Positions 11,600-23,919 of a stretch of DNA of 42,525 nt are shown here, one piece after another. The notes under the pieces are model-generated. The model did no database searches. It was given only the letters and a program-made list of their open reading frames with translations, and was not told the origin of the DNA. Source of the stretch: Perkinsus olseni (taxonomy: Eukaryota). The position numbers were made by a program, and so were the translations under genes. The DNA lies in NCBI GenBank assembly GCA_013115125.1, contig JABANN010000288.1, positions 1 through 42,525 of the forward strand, read 5' to 3'. How positions within the stretch are numbered: the stretch's first letter is position 1; every line of letters begins with the position of its first letter.

Positions 11600-14500
11600 A
11601 GCAGGGGCTGGCTCCTGGTCCTACTCCCTTAACCCAACGCGTTACTATAGGATCATCGACAGCTGCGCCGAGCATCGAGTTGTATCGTTAACACTTGACC
11701 ATGCACCTTGGAGGCAGCCAGTCGGCATACACCCGGCTCGCCTTGCACCGGATACTCGACCTCCCAGACCATGATGGCACCCTCGCTAGTGCCAGCCACG
11801 AGCAGACAGCGTCCCTTCATGTCGGCCTCCTTGGGGCCTCTGATGGCCAGATCCCGTACTGGATGCTCATGGTAGGCGTAGCCCAGCACACGAGAAGCCC
11901 CAGTCGACATCTCAACGCCCCAAGCTACGACCTAATCAATTGAGTTGATAAAGATAATGATCACGCCACGTTATCAGGTGGACTCGTCGACCCGACTAAG
12001 CCTACCTGGCCATCATCCATCCCGGTGGTCACGACCAGACGGGAGTCATCTACCCGGCATAACGCCACACTCAATATTCTAGACTCCACTTCGACAGTGT
12101 TCAAGCTGCGTCCGGTGAAGTCCATAATTCTCAACTGCCGGTCCTTGCAAGAGACGATCACATGGCCGTCCTGCGAGAGGAGCCCTCGCAGTCTAGGCCA
12201 CGGCCTCGCCAGCTCACTCCGAGTATACGTAAAGTATGCGGCTGGTAGTGCGGTCTCGTCGGAGCACCAGACGTCTTCGATTGCCTCCCCGCCAGTACGG
12301 CCAAGCCCCTCAATTTCGATGCCGTGTACCCACCGAGCCAGCCTGACGGAGAGCCGACTCCGACGGAGAAAGACGATTCATGAAGATCTGTTGTTGCGAA
12401 GCACTCACCGCCTAGCTTTGGCGACATCTGCGAGAGGGTCTTCTTTCCCTCGAATGGTAGCATGGTGTTGATCTAAGTAGCAGGCGACGCTGACGAGGCC
12501 CCTAGGGCAGCTCATGCCACCTTGAAGAGCCTTTCTTGATTGTAACGCCAGATGGGGATGGTACCATCTAGAAGACGGCCCACAACGTAGTAGCGGCCCA
12601 TTGCTAGGATGTGCAAGGATGATGAGCCTGTTGAGCTAGAGCCAACTTCCCTGATAGTAGAATCGTTGGCAACTTGGAGTAATAACAGGGTCGAGCCGCT
12701 CGTGCCGGCGCAGATGAAAGTATCCCAAGCAGCTAGGCACGTGAACCATTGACTGGCAAGAGCACTTGGCATGGGGAAGACGCCTCTAAAGGCGGGCCCA
12801 GACACGTCGATTCTCTTGCCGTCACGACTCAGAGTGATGACAGCCATAGTCCCACCAGCAGACCATACTGCTGTTGCAGCAGCGTCCGGCCTGGGAGCAG
12901 CCTCCACAGCCTCACTGGCCAAGTCCATGATGTCGAGCGTTGGATGCTCTAGTGTACCAGTGTGGATAGCGGTAGAGGTTATTATAGCGACACTTCGTCT
13001 TGGGCCGTGAAATCTTGAGCTGTGATCCACCAGACGCCAGGCAGACCCCGACCAACAGCAGACCGAGCATGCAACTTGCCGAAGAGCACATTCATCACTC
13101 ATATGCTTAGACGCGCTGTCTCTTGGGCCGGTCCAGAGGCAGCCGACACGGTTACAGCTGACAGTGGCCTTGGGGCATACATGGGCATTATAGAAAGTAT
13201 TGTAGGGCCCTGTGGCAGAGCACAGAGGGCATGTTACTACACGAAGAGGGCAAACCGTGGATTCATGATGGGCAATCTTCAGGGGATTCCCTCGCCATCC
13301 ACACCCGGAGCTACAAACCGATCCATGCGTTCTGAGCCACCTTTCGACTAGATCATAGAGCTCGGTATGCCGATGGACTAACCTTGCCGCGTTGGCAGCA
13401 CCGACAGGATCTTGCTCGACCATGCACAACCTTACGTCGAGTTCAAGCGCGAGCTCTCGTAGCCTTGCTGTACGGCATTCGGTGACGAGCTCCCTTCTCA
13501 GGCGAATCAGATTGGACCACTCTGGCATGTCAGCAGAGGGCCAAAGATCCTCGAAAGGTGCCAGGCAGAGGAGCACCCCTGTGGTGGCTACTTCGTCACT
13601 GAGATCTCTAAGCTTTTCCAAGCCACCGTGCTGAACAAAGGCGGACATAAAGACCTTCCTCACATCTCTATCGAAGGTGCCGCAAGCCCCAATGGAGCTT
13701 CCCGCCCTTGCCCAGGGGACCGATGCTCGGCAGGTGCAGAGTAAGTCTGCTACGGAGGGCAAGCGGTCGGGGCTGATGCAAGCGCAGCAGTTAGCCAAGC
13801 ATGAAAGTAAAGTAGTCTCCGCATCAGCAACCCCGTTTGAGGATTGCAGTTGGGCTGTCAGCGCCTCCGCATTGCTTGATCGCGATAATACGGCTTCGAC
13901 CGCCCCGGGGACTTGCAGAAGCACAACTGGTGTCTTCTCTAGCATGTTCACTTGGTCGACACTCAGGTCCCGTGCTAGGTCACCCCAGATGTCCGGCTGG
14001 ACTCCAAAGAAAGCAGCACAGCAGAGGACAACCTCAGGATGGCGCTTTCCACTCGTCGTTGGTGATAGCAAGAGGCCAGCCAGCTCCTTCGGCATACTAT
14101 ATCCCGACGGAATCACCAAAACAACAATCACCTCCTCTTGTGGAGTGCTGCTAAGTGATAGCGGCAGAGTGGAGAGGGAGCAGAGGGAGATACAGAGGTG
14201 CTCCTGCGAGGATCTCAGCATCGATTGAAAATCTAAAACCGAGGTCAGCGACATAAGGTCCGCAGTTTCAAAGGCTATGATTAGGTGGAGGGCGTCAGGC
14301 CCCGGTGAGCTCGGCTCTGGTAGACAGTCAGCGATGGCCCGTACAGCCGAGGTCGGACCGTGTGGGTGTAGATAGGGGAGAATGGTAGAACGACTGTTGA
14401 GCTGTGAATCCAGGTCTCGGGGGAGGAGTCGGGCACTCCAGAGGATGATAAGGTCAGGTCGGCCAAACAAAGTACAAGCGATGGGATCTTCGGTCCACTG

Positions 14501-15578
14501 AGGGGCCACTCCAATGATAATGATGCACTTCGCCCTGCTGATCATGTTGCCCAAGTATGCTCGTCGCTCCGCAAGGTCCGCAGCACCGGGGCCCTCTTGA
14601 GCCGTCGCTTTGTCCTTTCTCTCGGCGATGTGAAGGAGGAGGCATTTCACAGGAGAAGTGTGGTACATATCACCGACGCTGTCATGAAGACTGCTGAGGG
14701 AACACATATCCTGAAGGGCACAACCAAAGGGACTATCTTTACCAGTCACCTACCCTACCCGATGAGTACTCACCCTATTATCCTTAGGCAGCCTCTGCCC
14801 CGTGCAGAATATCTCAACGCTGAAGCCCTTTAGCGGCGGCTGTAGGCATGCTAATAATGCTTGCTTGATCTCGTTGGCTACATCCCGGGCGTGCGAGGCC
14901 GTCTCCTTACTGGCCGACTGACGCTTGTCTGATGTTGCTATCAGTGTTGGTACGATTATTAGGACGTCAATCGGCTTCTCAAGGCCCCTCCCTACGCGCA
15001 GGGTTGATTGTGACGAAGATATTGCTAGCTTATCCCGCAACCGATGCTTTAAAGAAGCTGATGCCACCTTTGATGGGAGCGGGCCGCCGCTTTGGGAGAG
15101 AATATCTCTAAGCCTCAGTGCCGCTGCATCGACACATACACCGAAAATCGTCAAGACACAGCGAGTCTGTCTCCGCCGATCTCGCAGTGAACCATCTCGG
15201 ATAGTCGACGGTAGCTCCGGCAGAGTTGCCACGTCATGGAGAATCACAGCGATTCCCTTCAACAATAGGTCTTTGTGCCTGACAAGTATGCAAGTTGGTG
15301 ACCAGGCTGAGAAAGGGCCACCAAACTCACTCTGAGCGCCCGATCCAATTAGCCATAGACGAGGTCAAAAGCAGCATGGGCGACGGGGCTCCCTCGGGTA
15401 GTTCTGACTCTACGTCTGCTACGTTCACGATGACCACACTTGAAGAGCCAACTTCAGCAGTCGTCTCAGCTGCTTCGCGGACCGCCCTAGCTACACCCAG
15501 GTCGTAGGGCTCGTGACACAGACACAGGAGGGTGCACTCCTTCCTGCGAGACTGATCCTCGGATTGGTTCGCTGTCAT
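11600..15578 (-). CDS. Large multidomain protein: N-terminal alpha/beta region, ARM-like helices, tandem TRAF/SIAH-type zinc fingers, C-terminal WD40-like repeats (3' end approximate)
   Basis: ORFs 15327-15578, 14750-15265 and 12512-14749 are joined by GT-AG introns. Zn fingers: CSSGCGWRG..HHESTVCP..CPLC..HVCP..CNRVGCLWTG..HMSDEC..CSVCCWSG..HSSRFH. WD-like: AGTSGSTLLL, GRLLDGTIPIW, SCKDRQLRIMD, AGTSEGAIMVWE. Confidence 0.7.
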
Positions 15579-15798
15579 CTTGCAAGTCTACTCTGTTTCT
15601 AGAAGCGACTCCATCAGACTAGGCTAACACAAGGACATGTTGGGCTGTGAGGAATGTGCCTTATCATCATGCCGCATGCTGTGAGTCGACACTGGACGGA
15701 AGATAACTATTGGTAACTAGCCCGATGAATCATCGACGGCCAAGGCGTCTTCCACTGGGAATGTGAAAGGTTAGTACTTGTATGAAGCTGGTAATGGA

Positions 15799-17407
15799 CT
15801 AAAAGGGTGTGACTGATGACGGTAACAGGCACGGGCGTAGAGGTGAGTGAGGACGAGACCACGATGACATCAGTTGGCACACTTCGGATGTCTCGACAGA
15901 GCTGCCTGACAGAACGATACTCATGTGGGAAGACGTCCAAATCAACTTGGGTGACAGTAGGCAGCTCACTTGAAAGAGTGGGTGGTTGCGACTGATGCGG
16001 GAATCGGGTGGCGAGCCGTGCTGCCCGAGCAGCCCCTCATCGACTAGTCTTCTAAGGCACTCATGAACGGCTGTAATATGACCTACAGAAACAGTGACAG
16101 TGGCCCTCAGCCAGCCGAGGCAGGACCACCGCTCAATGTGAATATTGTCGCGGTATCTGTGTCGGACTGCTTCGTCCATTCCACCAGTGTAACGCTTAGA
16201 TCAAGGGCAAGCCCCACCTAAGCCGACAGCCTCGTCTACGCAGGCTACACCTAGTCCTACGAGGTTTCGATGACATGTCTCGGATAAGTCTTGCGGGAGC
16301 TCGACATGAACATCCACCTGACGCTACCACTACTACGATCCTCCCCGTACTGTACCATCCCCGCTACTGTTACTACTGGGACGTCCGAGAAAGTATCGAT
16401 CCTGCTCTCCGGGATCATGCTCAGCCACATAGACGATCTGAGATACAGGAGCCACTCCTCACTCCAGGCTACAGTGGGACGGCCCGAAACCGCAGCGTGG
16501 GACGCACCGTAAATGGTGGTCTTGCTGTGTTGCCGATACCACCTCCCTCACGCCCAGCAACACCTGCATCGTCGACCCGGTTACCTCCACAACACGGTCA
16601 ATGCCGGACGCATTGCGTGGAGATACCTGGCTGAGGATTGGGAATTCGGCGGATGTATGGTACGGGAGTATCACCGATATTCTAGACTGCGACCGCCTGC
16701 ACATCTCTCTATGAATAGCCCCACAAGGCCCGAGGATGCGAGGGACTGAAGTATCGGGGACCTACCAGAGAGCCGCACCATGGCGGCATCACAAGCGATG
16801 GATAGAGCGGACGAGCAGTCTGATGAGGAAGTAGCCGTAGGGAGGCTCTCGGTGTTGTACAACGTGAGGGGCAGGGGGACTGATGGTATCCATCCGACCA
16901 CCGAACTCGACTGAGATCCTGCTGAGGTCAGTAACAGGATGGCAGCCTTCTCCAGCGAAGCACTTTCGACATATCTACAGAGAATCAGCGATGCGCAGCG
17001 TCGAGAAGAGGGTTGAAGCAGTCCTCTTCCACCCTTCACTACCTCCTCTGCTGCTGCTAAGACAGATTCTAGCCCTCCCGATAGCGTTACTACTCTGTCC
17101 CCATCATATTTAGCACTGCTCAACTGCAGTATAATGCCATCAATACTGTGCGATATATGCTCACCCTACTTCTGACATCCTCAACCTAGTACGTGTCCTC
17201 ACCGCTAGCTCTCGGATCGTTCTGCCTCCACGGCCCAAGATCGACCCAACGGTTCCCGAACGGACCAGTATCTGACTCGATTGTGACACCATCCATCAGC
17301 AGCTATAGGACTACCCTCGCATATGCCATGCCATCTTGAGGCGTTCCTTGGCTCGTACCCCTTCGCAGCGATCTCTCGGAAGAAGCTCCTGACGACTGAC
17401 TACGCAT
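15799..17407 (-). CDS. KH-domain RNA-binding protein (one canonical KH, probably two degenerate); 3' end approximate
   Basis: Spliced KH1: RILVRSGTVGSILGRGGRTIRELAVRTRTRLRMSEVGAKYDGDRVVTLSGGLESVLAAAEEVVK (GxxG loop). Further KH-like C-halves: DRVVEVTGSTMQVLLGVREVV and IFTLSGHITAVHECLRRLV. Confidence 0.8.
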
Positions 17408-17785
17408 GATAACAGCAAACTTTCTTTTATCTTCGTTTTTCGGTTCCCTGTTGAGGACTTAACAACACAACTCTGTGCCACGCCGAAGGTTATGATGTGG
17501 TAATGAGAGTGATAATATTCAACTGATTGTTATATCCGCTCGGATACTACCGGATGCAGATAATAGATTGATACGTGACGACACAGCGTGTATCGGCAAC
17601 AGCAGCAGCAGAAGAGTTGGGGGGGGCTCAATAATACACTGTAGTGATGGTGAGAGGCCTCTCTCACTACTGAATCACTGAGGCTTACAGATCCTTCTGA
17701 GGACCAGTGGACATACAAAAACAACAATAAATCGTAGTGAGGGGAAAACAACGATGGCCGCCGCCGCTTTCCAAACCGCCGCCGC

Positions 17786-18498
17786 TCAGTTGTCCAACAA
17801 ACAGCATAGTGTGCAACAAGCGCAGGCACCTAAAGAGGCGGATATATTTCGTCTTTAGGTTCTTCGCTGTATAGAACTCACCCAGTAAAAATGCGCAGCA
17901 CGTGTCATCAGAGCTGTTGTTCTTCCCATGATTAGGGGAATGTGTGGTATAGATAACTTGCTGAGGAGGGGCGTTATATGGCTGAGCATACGGTGGAGGC
18001 TGGGAGCCAGGATTATAACTGCCATAAGGGTTGCCATCCGCATACGGTATGTTGCTGGGAGGCTGACTATACCTGAGGTCCACAATGCTGTTCACGATAG
18101 CAGTAGTAATAATAACCTTACGCTGGGGCTCCTCCCGCATTCCCTGGCGTTTGTACCTGAAAGGCTTTGCTCCCGCTGTGAAATTACATCGGCCCGATCA
18201 TGTCATTGGAGCGCCCCTCCGCCACAAGTGCACTGTAGGATTCCTTCACCCAATAGAGGATGTATTCCCACGCCGTCCGCACGAGATCGCTCCACCACGA
18301 AAATCCAAGATAATGAGAATGCTACTGTAGGCAGGTAACCGCAATAGTGGTGATCATCGAACCTACCTGGAATGTTTGGCCAGGGTATACACCCTGTGGG
18401 ACCTGGACTTGAAGGGGGGAGCCGGTGGCTGGATCAACAACTTGAATGGTGCTGCCTGGTGAGGCCCCAGCGGGCACTTGGACCGTGATTAAAGCCAT
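17786..18498 (-). CDS. CYSTM-type Pro/Tyr/Gln-rich tail-anchored protein, paralog 1
   Basis: 4 exons: MALITVQVPAGASPGSTIQVVDPATGSPLQVQVPQGVYPGQTFQVQ, then a PY/PQ-rich linker, then SDDTCCAFLLGACACCTLCCLLDN*, a classic CYSTM C-terminus. Confidence 0.85.
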
Positions 18499-18859
18499 GG
18501 GAAGCACTAATGAGGGTACTACTGAGTAAACTGCGATAGGAGGGAGAACGTAACTCTCACGATATCAGCATCGCAGCGGATGCGCAGGGCTGCTGTCTGG
18601 TCCAAAATTATCGAAGATAGTCCTAGGTTCACCAACCCTCGTGATACTGATCGACAAAAAACAGGCATTGTAATCATAAAGGGAATCCATTGAGATTTCT
18701 TTGATGCTCTTCCATCACCATGGAATCTCCATTGAGCCCGCCATACAATCATCAATCTCATTCTTTATAGACGTTGGCAATCTTACGTACATCAGCAATA
18801 GCAGCAGTTATAATAGCAGCAATAACATATGATATTTACGTTAATATAGTCCAAAAACT

Positions 18860-19465
18860 TCATCCATAGGAGGGGACCGCATCTAAGGCTACCGAGTCGC
18901 CGTCTACACAGGACTCTCCTTGTTGCCGCCTGTCACTCCACTCTGGAGACTCGCTACCACCACCGGCATCGGTGTTGTCTTCATAATCATAATCATCATC
19001 ATAATCTTTCCATTTACCAAAGAAGTGCCATCTTCGATCGAGACTGCTGTCTGTGTACCACCAATTGCCACCTTCCTCGAACCACTTGTACTCCATAGCT
19101 CTGTTCTCGTCATAAGTATCGCTTCTAGGGCTCTCTGGGGTGGCTGCCGTATCATCACCACAGCCACTTTCCGTGCCACTCCCCTTGGGTAGGGAATGGA
19201 GGAGAACTTTGTTCAGCATAATCTCACCAAGTCTATGTGGTTGACGACAGAAGGGGCACATTATCCTTCCAACACCTCGGGCCTGGCCAAGCTCCTCTAT
19301 GCAGGTTGCACACAGGTTATGGCCACAGACGGACAGTAACTGTGAATGGGCGTGTGCGAAATAGATAGACGCCCGAAAGCTTACTTGAGGAGCGTGATCA
19401 GCTCTATCAAAGGCAGCCGAGCAATACTCGCATATGAGATCACTATCGTGGAAGGACTCAGCCAT
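18860..19465 (-). CDS. RING-HC (C3HC4) zinc-finger protein, putative E3 ubiquitin ligase
   Basis: CEYC...P..CGHNLCATC...CPFCR...NKVL. One in-frame intron (GTAAGC..CACAG) splits the RING. The C-terminus is acidic and Trp-rich. Confidence 0.88.
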   Translation of the reverse strand: MAESFHDSDLICEYCSAAFDRADHAPQVSFRASIYFAHAHSQLLSVCGHNLCATCIEELGQARGVGRIMCPFCRQPHRLGEIMLNKVLLHSLPKGSGTESGCGDDTAATPESPRSDTYDENRAMEYKWFEEGGNWWYTDSSLDRRWHFFGKWKDYDDDYDYEDNTDAGGGSESPEWSDRRQQGESCVDGDSVALDAVPSYG

Positions 19466-19817
19466 TCAAGGACGATCTTATTTGAGACAACCTCGCTGAG
19501 GAACTCTATCCTGGCCCCGTTCAATGATCTTAGAGAGTACTAAGACGTCTTAGTTAATCTCAATTTGGAACCACGCAGTACCGGCTGCCGCCATAGCATC
19601 CGGCCAACGAAACTACCGCTTCCCTCAAATACCAGTAGTTTGATTGACCATCCGTAAAACCCGGCGCCTCGAAAGGATCAGAATGATCATCAATGTTGTG
19701 GCATGTATCATTATACAACCCTACAGAAGTGCGCGACGCAGCTAACTCAGATATAAGGGGGGCCGAAAGACATTTCGGCAAAATGCGTCACATGGGCGGA
19801 GAAGTTGAAAATTACGG

Positions 19818-19856
19818 AAAAATAGCTGTCCCCGGACTTGAACCTGGGGTCTCTGT
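19818..19856 (-). pseudogene. tRNA-like 3' fragment (T arm, 3' acceptor strand, T5 run)
   Basis: Minus strand reads CCAGG-TTCAAGT-CCGGG-GACAGCT-A-TTTTT. No matching 5' half found nearby. Confidence 0.3.
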
Positions 19857-20331
19857 GACTGGAGAGTTTGAACGGGGTGTCTATCTTGAAAGAAAACGGA
19901 TAAAGTGATACAAGTGTATAACAGGAGGGGAAAAGATTAAGTCACCCCATAACTGGCAGTTCCAACCTGAATGCCGACCATTTGCAGGACACTGTTCACC
20001 AGCTGTGTCAGTGAGTGTGTATTTCAATTGAACGCGTCTCCTTCGTCCGTAGTGCTGTCAGTCTCAGACAGAACAGGGGAGAGCCTTTATGCTCATCACC
20101 ACACGTCGCGTGGCATCGACATAATTGCATGCATCCTCGTCGTCGTCAAACACGCGCAAGAACAAGTACAGTTATTGAACCCTGTAGAGATAGAGCAGAG
20201 CGAAAAGTATCTCCCCACCATGAGTTCTGCTATTCAAGTCAAATGTGGAAGGCTTCGCCACGATGACCAGCCCCCTCGCCATGGGAGAAAACCCAACGTA
20301 AAATCTCTGGCGAGATTGAGTGAGACGATCA

Positions 20332-21317
20332 TCAATTGGAAAGGATTTTGTCTATCATAAACTGTGGTTGCTGAGACAGCGATGAGCTGCAGATTTGCCG
20401 AGGAACAGTCTCAGGCTGTTTTGAAATGGCGTACACAGCGCAGGGCAACACATCGTATAAAAAGTGTCGTTCAGGGGTGATCCACGGGTCCATGTAGTTG
20501 AAACTGCCCAACCTCGATTGGTTACTAACCTGACGATAATGGCAAGGAACAGTGAAAGTACCGATTCGTTGACCCACCTCTATGGCGCCCGAGTCCAACA
20601 TTGCATTGGTATCTACTTCGATCTCTGCAGAAGAGCAATCTGGATTCAAACTGGTCATCTTATACAACTCGTAAGGGTTATGGAACAGACTAGTGCGAAC
20701 CTACAGAGACATGATTGGGTGCTGGAACCACCCGAGCAAACGGCGGGAGGGGCAGGGCGGAGAAGGGGTCTTACAGCTTCCCAAAGGCTTACTGGTTCCA
20801 GTTCCCAGAGCCTGCACCCATCCTCAGGGTCTACATACAAGGATTGACGGAAGAATCCACGACCTGCGTCGGTCTCGGAAACCGGTAGAAGGTAGTGACC
20901 GGCAGGACACTGAAAAGCAGGTGAGTGATGAACTACTATCATCTGTGAAGGTAAGTACGGTTAACTTACTTCATTGAAAACATTCCTAGCCTTATGCTGC
21001 TGTAAGGATGCTATGGCATATTCCGAAGGGTATACACGATTCATCTCTAGTTCAGTTCTCTTGCTCATACGGCAAGTAGGTCTGGTCACATCCGGGCACA
21101 ACTGCCGTGCTTCATTCACCACCTTCCTGACGTCCTCGGTATTGAAGGAACGTGAGCTGACATGAAACGCTGCCACTCCGTAAAGGAACACACTCAGGAT
21201 CGGCACTAGGGCGAAGGTGAGCCAGAATCGTAGTGCGCAGTATCTGCGCAATTTGCGAGAAGAGTTCTTGCTGGCAGACGATGATGACGATGATCGGTCT
21301 TGGTTTTGACTCGACAT
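20332..21317 (-). CDS. Hypothetical type-II membrane protein (single N-terminal TM, Cys-containing luminal domain), multi-exon
   Basis: A Ser-rich/basic N-terminus precedes the TM FWLTFALVPILSVFLYGVAAF. ORFs 20961-21317, 20655-20942 and 20332-20667 can be joined by GT-AG introns. No family recognised. Confidence 0.6.
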
Positions 21318-21538
21318 GAAATGACGACGAGATTAACGAAAACTGCGAGGGGTAGCGGTAGTAGGAACACTGACCAACACAAGACGAGCGGGATCGGGTG
21401 GAAATAGCTAGTGTGATTGTGTACGGATAAAACAACAACAAACGAGACAAATCAGTAAAAACCGCAGAACAAGAAGTACCACATCTGCTGGGTTGTTGAA
21501 GGGATTCTAGATATGTGTCAAACACCTGGGCCCCTTTC

Positions 21539-23540
21539 TCACAGAGTGAGGGAGGAGTCGACACCAACAGCCTCGCCCATGGCAACTAGTTCTTGTCTGA
21601 AGAGACCTTCGAGTTTATCCCAATCCTTCACCACCTTGGGATCGAGGGTTATGTTGTAGTAAATTTTACCATTATAAGATACCAGAGTTACCTACACATA
21701 AATAACGCTGCGTCGACAAGGACCCGCAACCCATCGGATAAAACAGATGCCTACTACCTGAGGTATGGCATTGCAGAACATCGCCTGGCTACCGGTAACT
21801 TCTTTACCGGCGAAATAGAGGCTAGTAGTGGGCCCTTTAACATTACTGAAGATAGCTGTATGGTTGGCAAAGACCTTCCTTGCGGTCTTCTGGTAGAACC
21901 CGATAGGAGCACGAGCGAAGAGCTGATTCATCATCCAAAACGAGACCTGAGCTTCCAGGCTATGCTTCACACGATTCATGGCCTTGCTCGTGATCATTAG
22001 ACGGGACTCCGGATCATTAGACCGGATGGACTGACAAGAGGGATGACCGTATCCAGTTCACAGCAGCTAGCTCATGCTGCCGCAATTCCTACCTTGGAGA
22101 GGTCAGAGCTGCAAAAAGAGAAGCCGTTGGTGAGCCTATCGTTGGCCGGCATATCATCAAGCTTTGCTTCGAAACCGAAAGGCAATAGCATTCGCATGAC
22201 TGTATTAGAGTCCACGGTATCGCCGGAGTAAGCCTTGATAGCTCCTACTGTGGCAGACAGCAGGACATCATTGATGGTGGTCTGATGAAGCGATATCCTG
22301 AATTCAAGCCTGTCAGCTGTAGCAGCGTCACCTTCTTGGGTGTCCTCTTGGTAATAGCTCTGACATACTCCAGCGAGAAGGGCTTGAACAACACAGCCCT
22401 CCTCGAACCAGACCAGCGCATATCACCCGCACGATGTTCCCTGGAGGTATTGAAGCTGAACGACGATTCCAGTGGCATGTAGCAAGCCCAAAGGAGGACG
22501 ATGAACGAACGAACCTGAGACGATTGGTATCAACCGAAGGTCATCAACCGCTTTTTAGGTGGATCTAGTGGACTTACGTATTCTATTGCCATGAGTATTG
22601 CCACAATGAAGCTGTTCCTTGGTGAGGAAGATGGCTTCTTAGCGGGGACAATCTTGGCCGGTGAGCCATCAGCGTTGGTAGCCATGGATTCGTACGCAGT
22701 AATCTAGGATGAGACAATCACCCCCATCTCCACAGTTAATACGCCCTTACCAATGAGAGGCCATCACCAATTGAGTGATGCGATCTGAATATAATACAGT
22801 CATCACCATCGGTAACCGGCAGCATGTGGACTTCCCAGGCAGGCTTAGTTAAATCTAGTGCATGACTGATGACCTGATAGATTCAGGAAAAAACCCTATC
22901 ACCGTGCCCCCTCAGCATCACAAGGGATTGTACATCGTTAATTTCTTCCTCCAGCGCCTTGCTGTCAGGGCAAGCAGCATGCATAATAACATGGTCCTCG
23001 ATGTTCACCTTCACCGACCTCCAGCTTTTGTTCTCAAAGTCGGGAATAGCGGAAAAACGATAAAAGTAAAGGAGCTGAATGCGATAATCGTCGACCTCCC
23101 ATACAGTAATCGTCAGTAGCCTACCTTATCTTGGAGGAGCTTCTCAACTCTGCGCTTCTCAGGCAGACCATCCTTGAAGTACATAGCCGAGTTGATGACC
23201 ATGCAAGTAGGGGAGGAATGGAGGCTTGGTGGGAAAGTGTCATTCTTAAGCATGTGTTCTTCCAACCAGGTCATTCGAAGGTGTCCATCTGAAGAAGCAG
23301 CCATACGAAGAAGAGGCCTCAAGGCAGTCAATCATCTTCCTCCGTTCTTTCTTATAAGCGAAGCCCCTCTCGTCCACCACCATCCATACCTGGAGCAGCA
23401 TGATCAGAAGTTTTCTTGGTATTGTGAAGGTATATGTATCCAGCGGCGATGAGGAGAACCCCGAGGGATGTCCAAGATACAGTAAAGACGGTAGCGCAGA
23501 GGAGGGCGAAGAATGCCCCAGCGCACAGAAAGAAGACCAT
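21539..23540 (-). CDS. Wax ester synthase / diacylglycerol acyltransferase (WS/DGAT), paralog 1
   Basis: N-terminal TM; catalytic IFRSHHSIGDGLSL (HHxxxDG); TINDVLLSATVGAI; DRLTNGFS; FSNVKGP; VTLVSYNGK; ends VDSSLTL*. Confidence 0.9.
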
Positions 23541-23919
23541 AGCACGGCAAAAGCGAAAGGCGAAAACTACTGCTCGGTACCGAAGTGAAGGACTCCACTA
23601 ACAGGGAGAAGAGAGCAGCATTGTCACGCTATGGGGGCTTGGAATATACATGAACCCCTCCATACTTCAAGTCAATATGTAGATGAATGCTCCAAGTACA
23701 ACTCATGGCTAGCCCCCCCCCCTCACTAGCGAACACAAAATTTGTCCCAGATGTCAACATCGACGAAACCGCAGAAGGCATTCTACGGACGATAGCTTAG
23801 CAGAAAACACACCACACGACGGCCAAAAAAGCGATCCAAGAGCATGGTGACAAAAAAAGACAGAACGATTGGGGTTCAAGAGTACGAGTATATATATGAT
23901 AGCTCGTCCGCTGATGGAA

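Noticed and set aside
12749-14833. Numerous plus-strand ORFs over the 745-aa ORF (also over NAPRT, DGAT and EF-hand genes)
   Set aside because: Antisense shadows with no motifs; the opposite strand explains the sequence.
21992-22025. Short direct repeat GATCATTAGAC x2
   Set aside because: Within a DGAT exon, read in different frames; likely chance.
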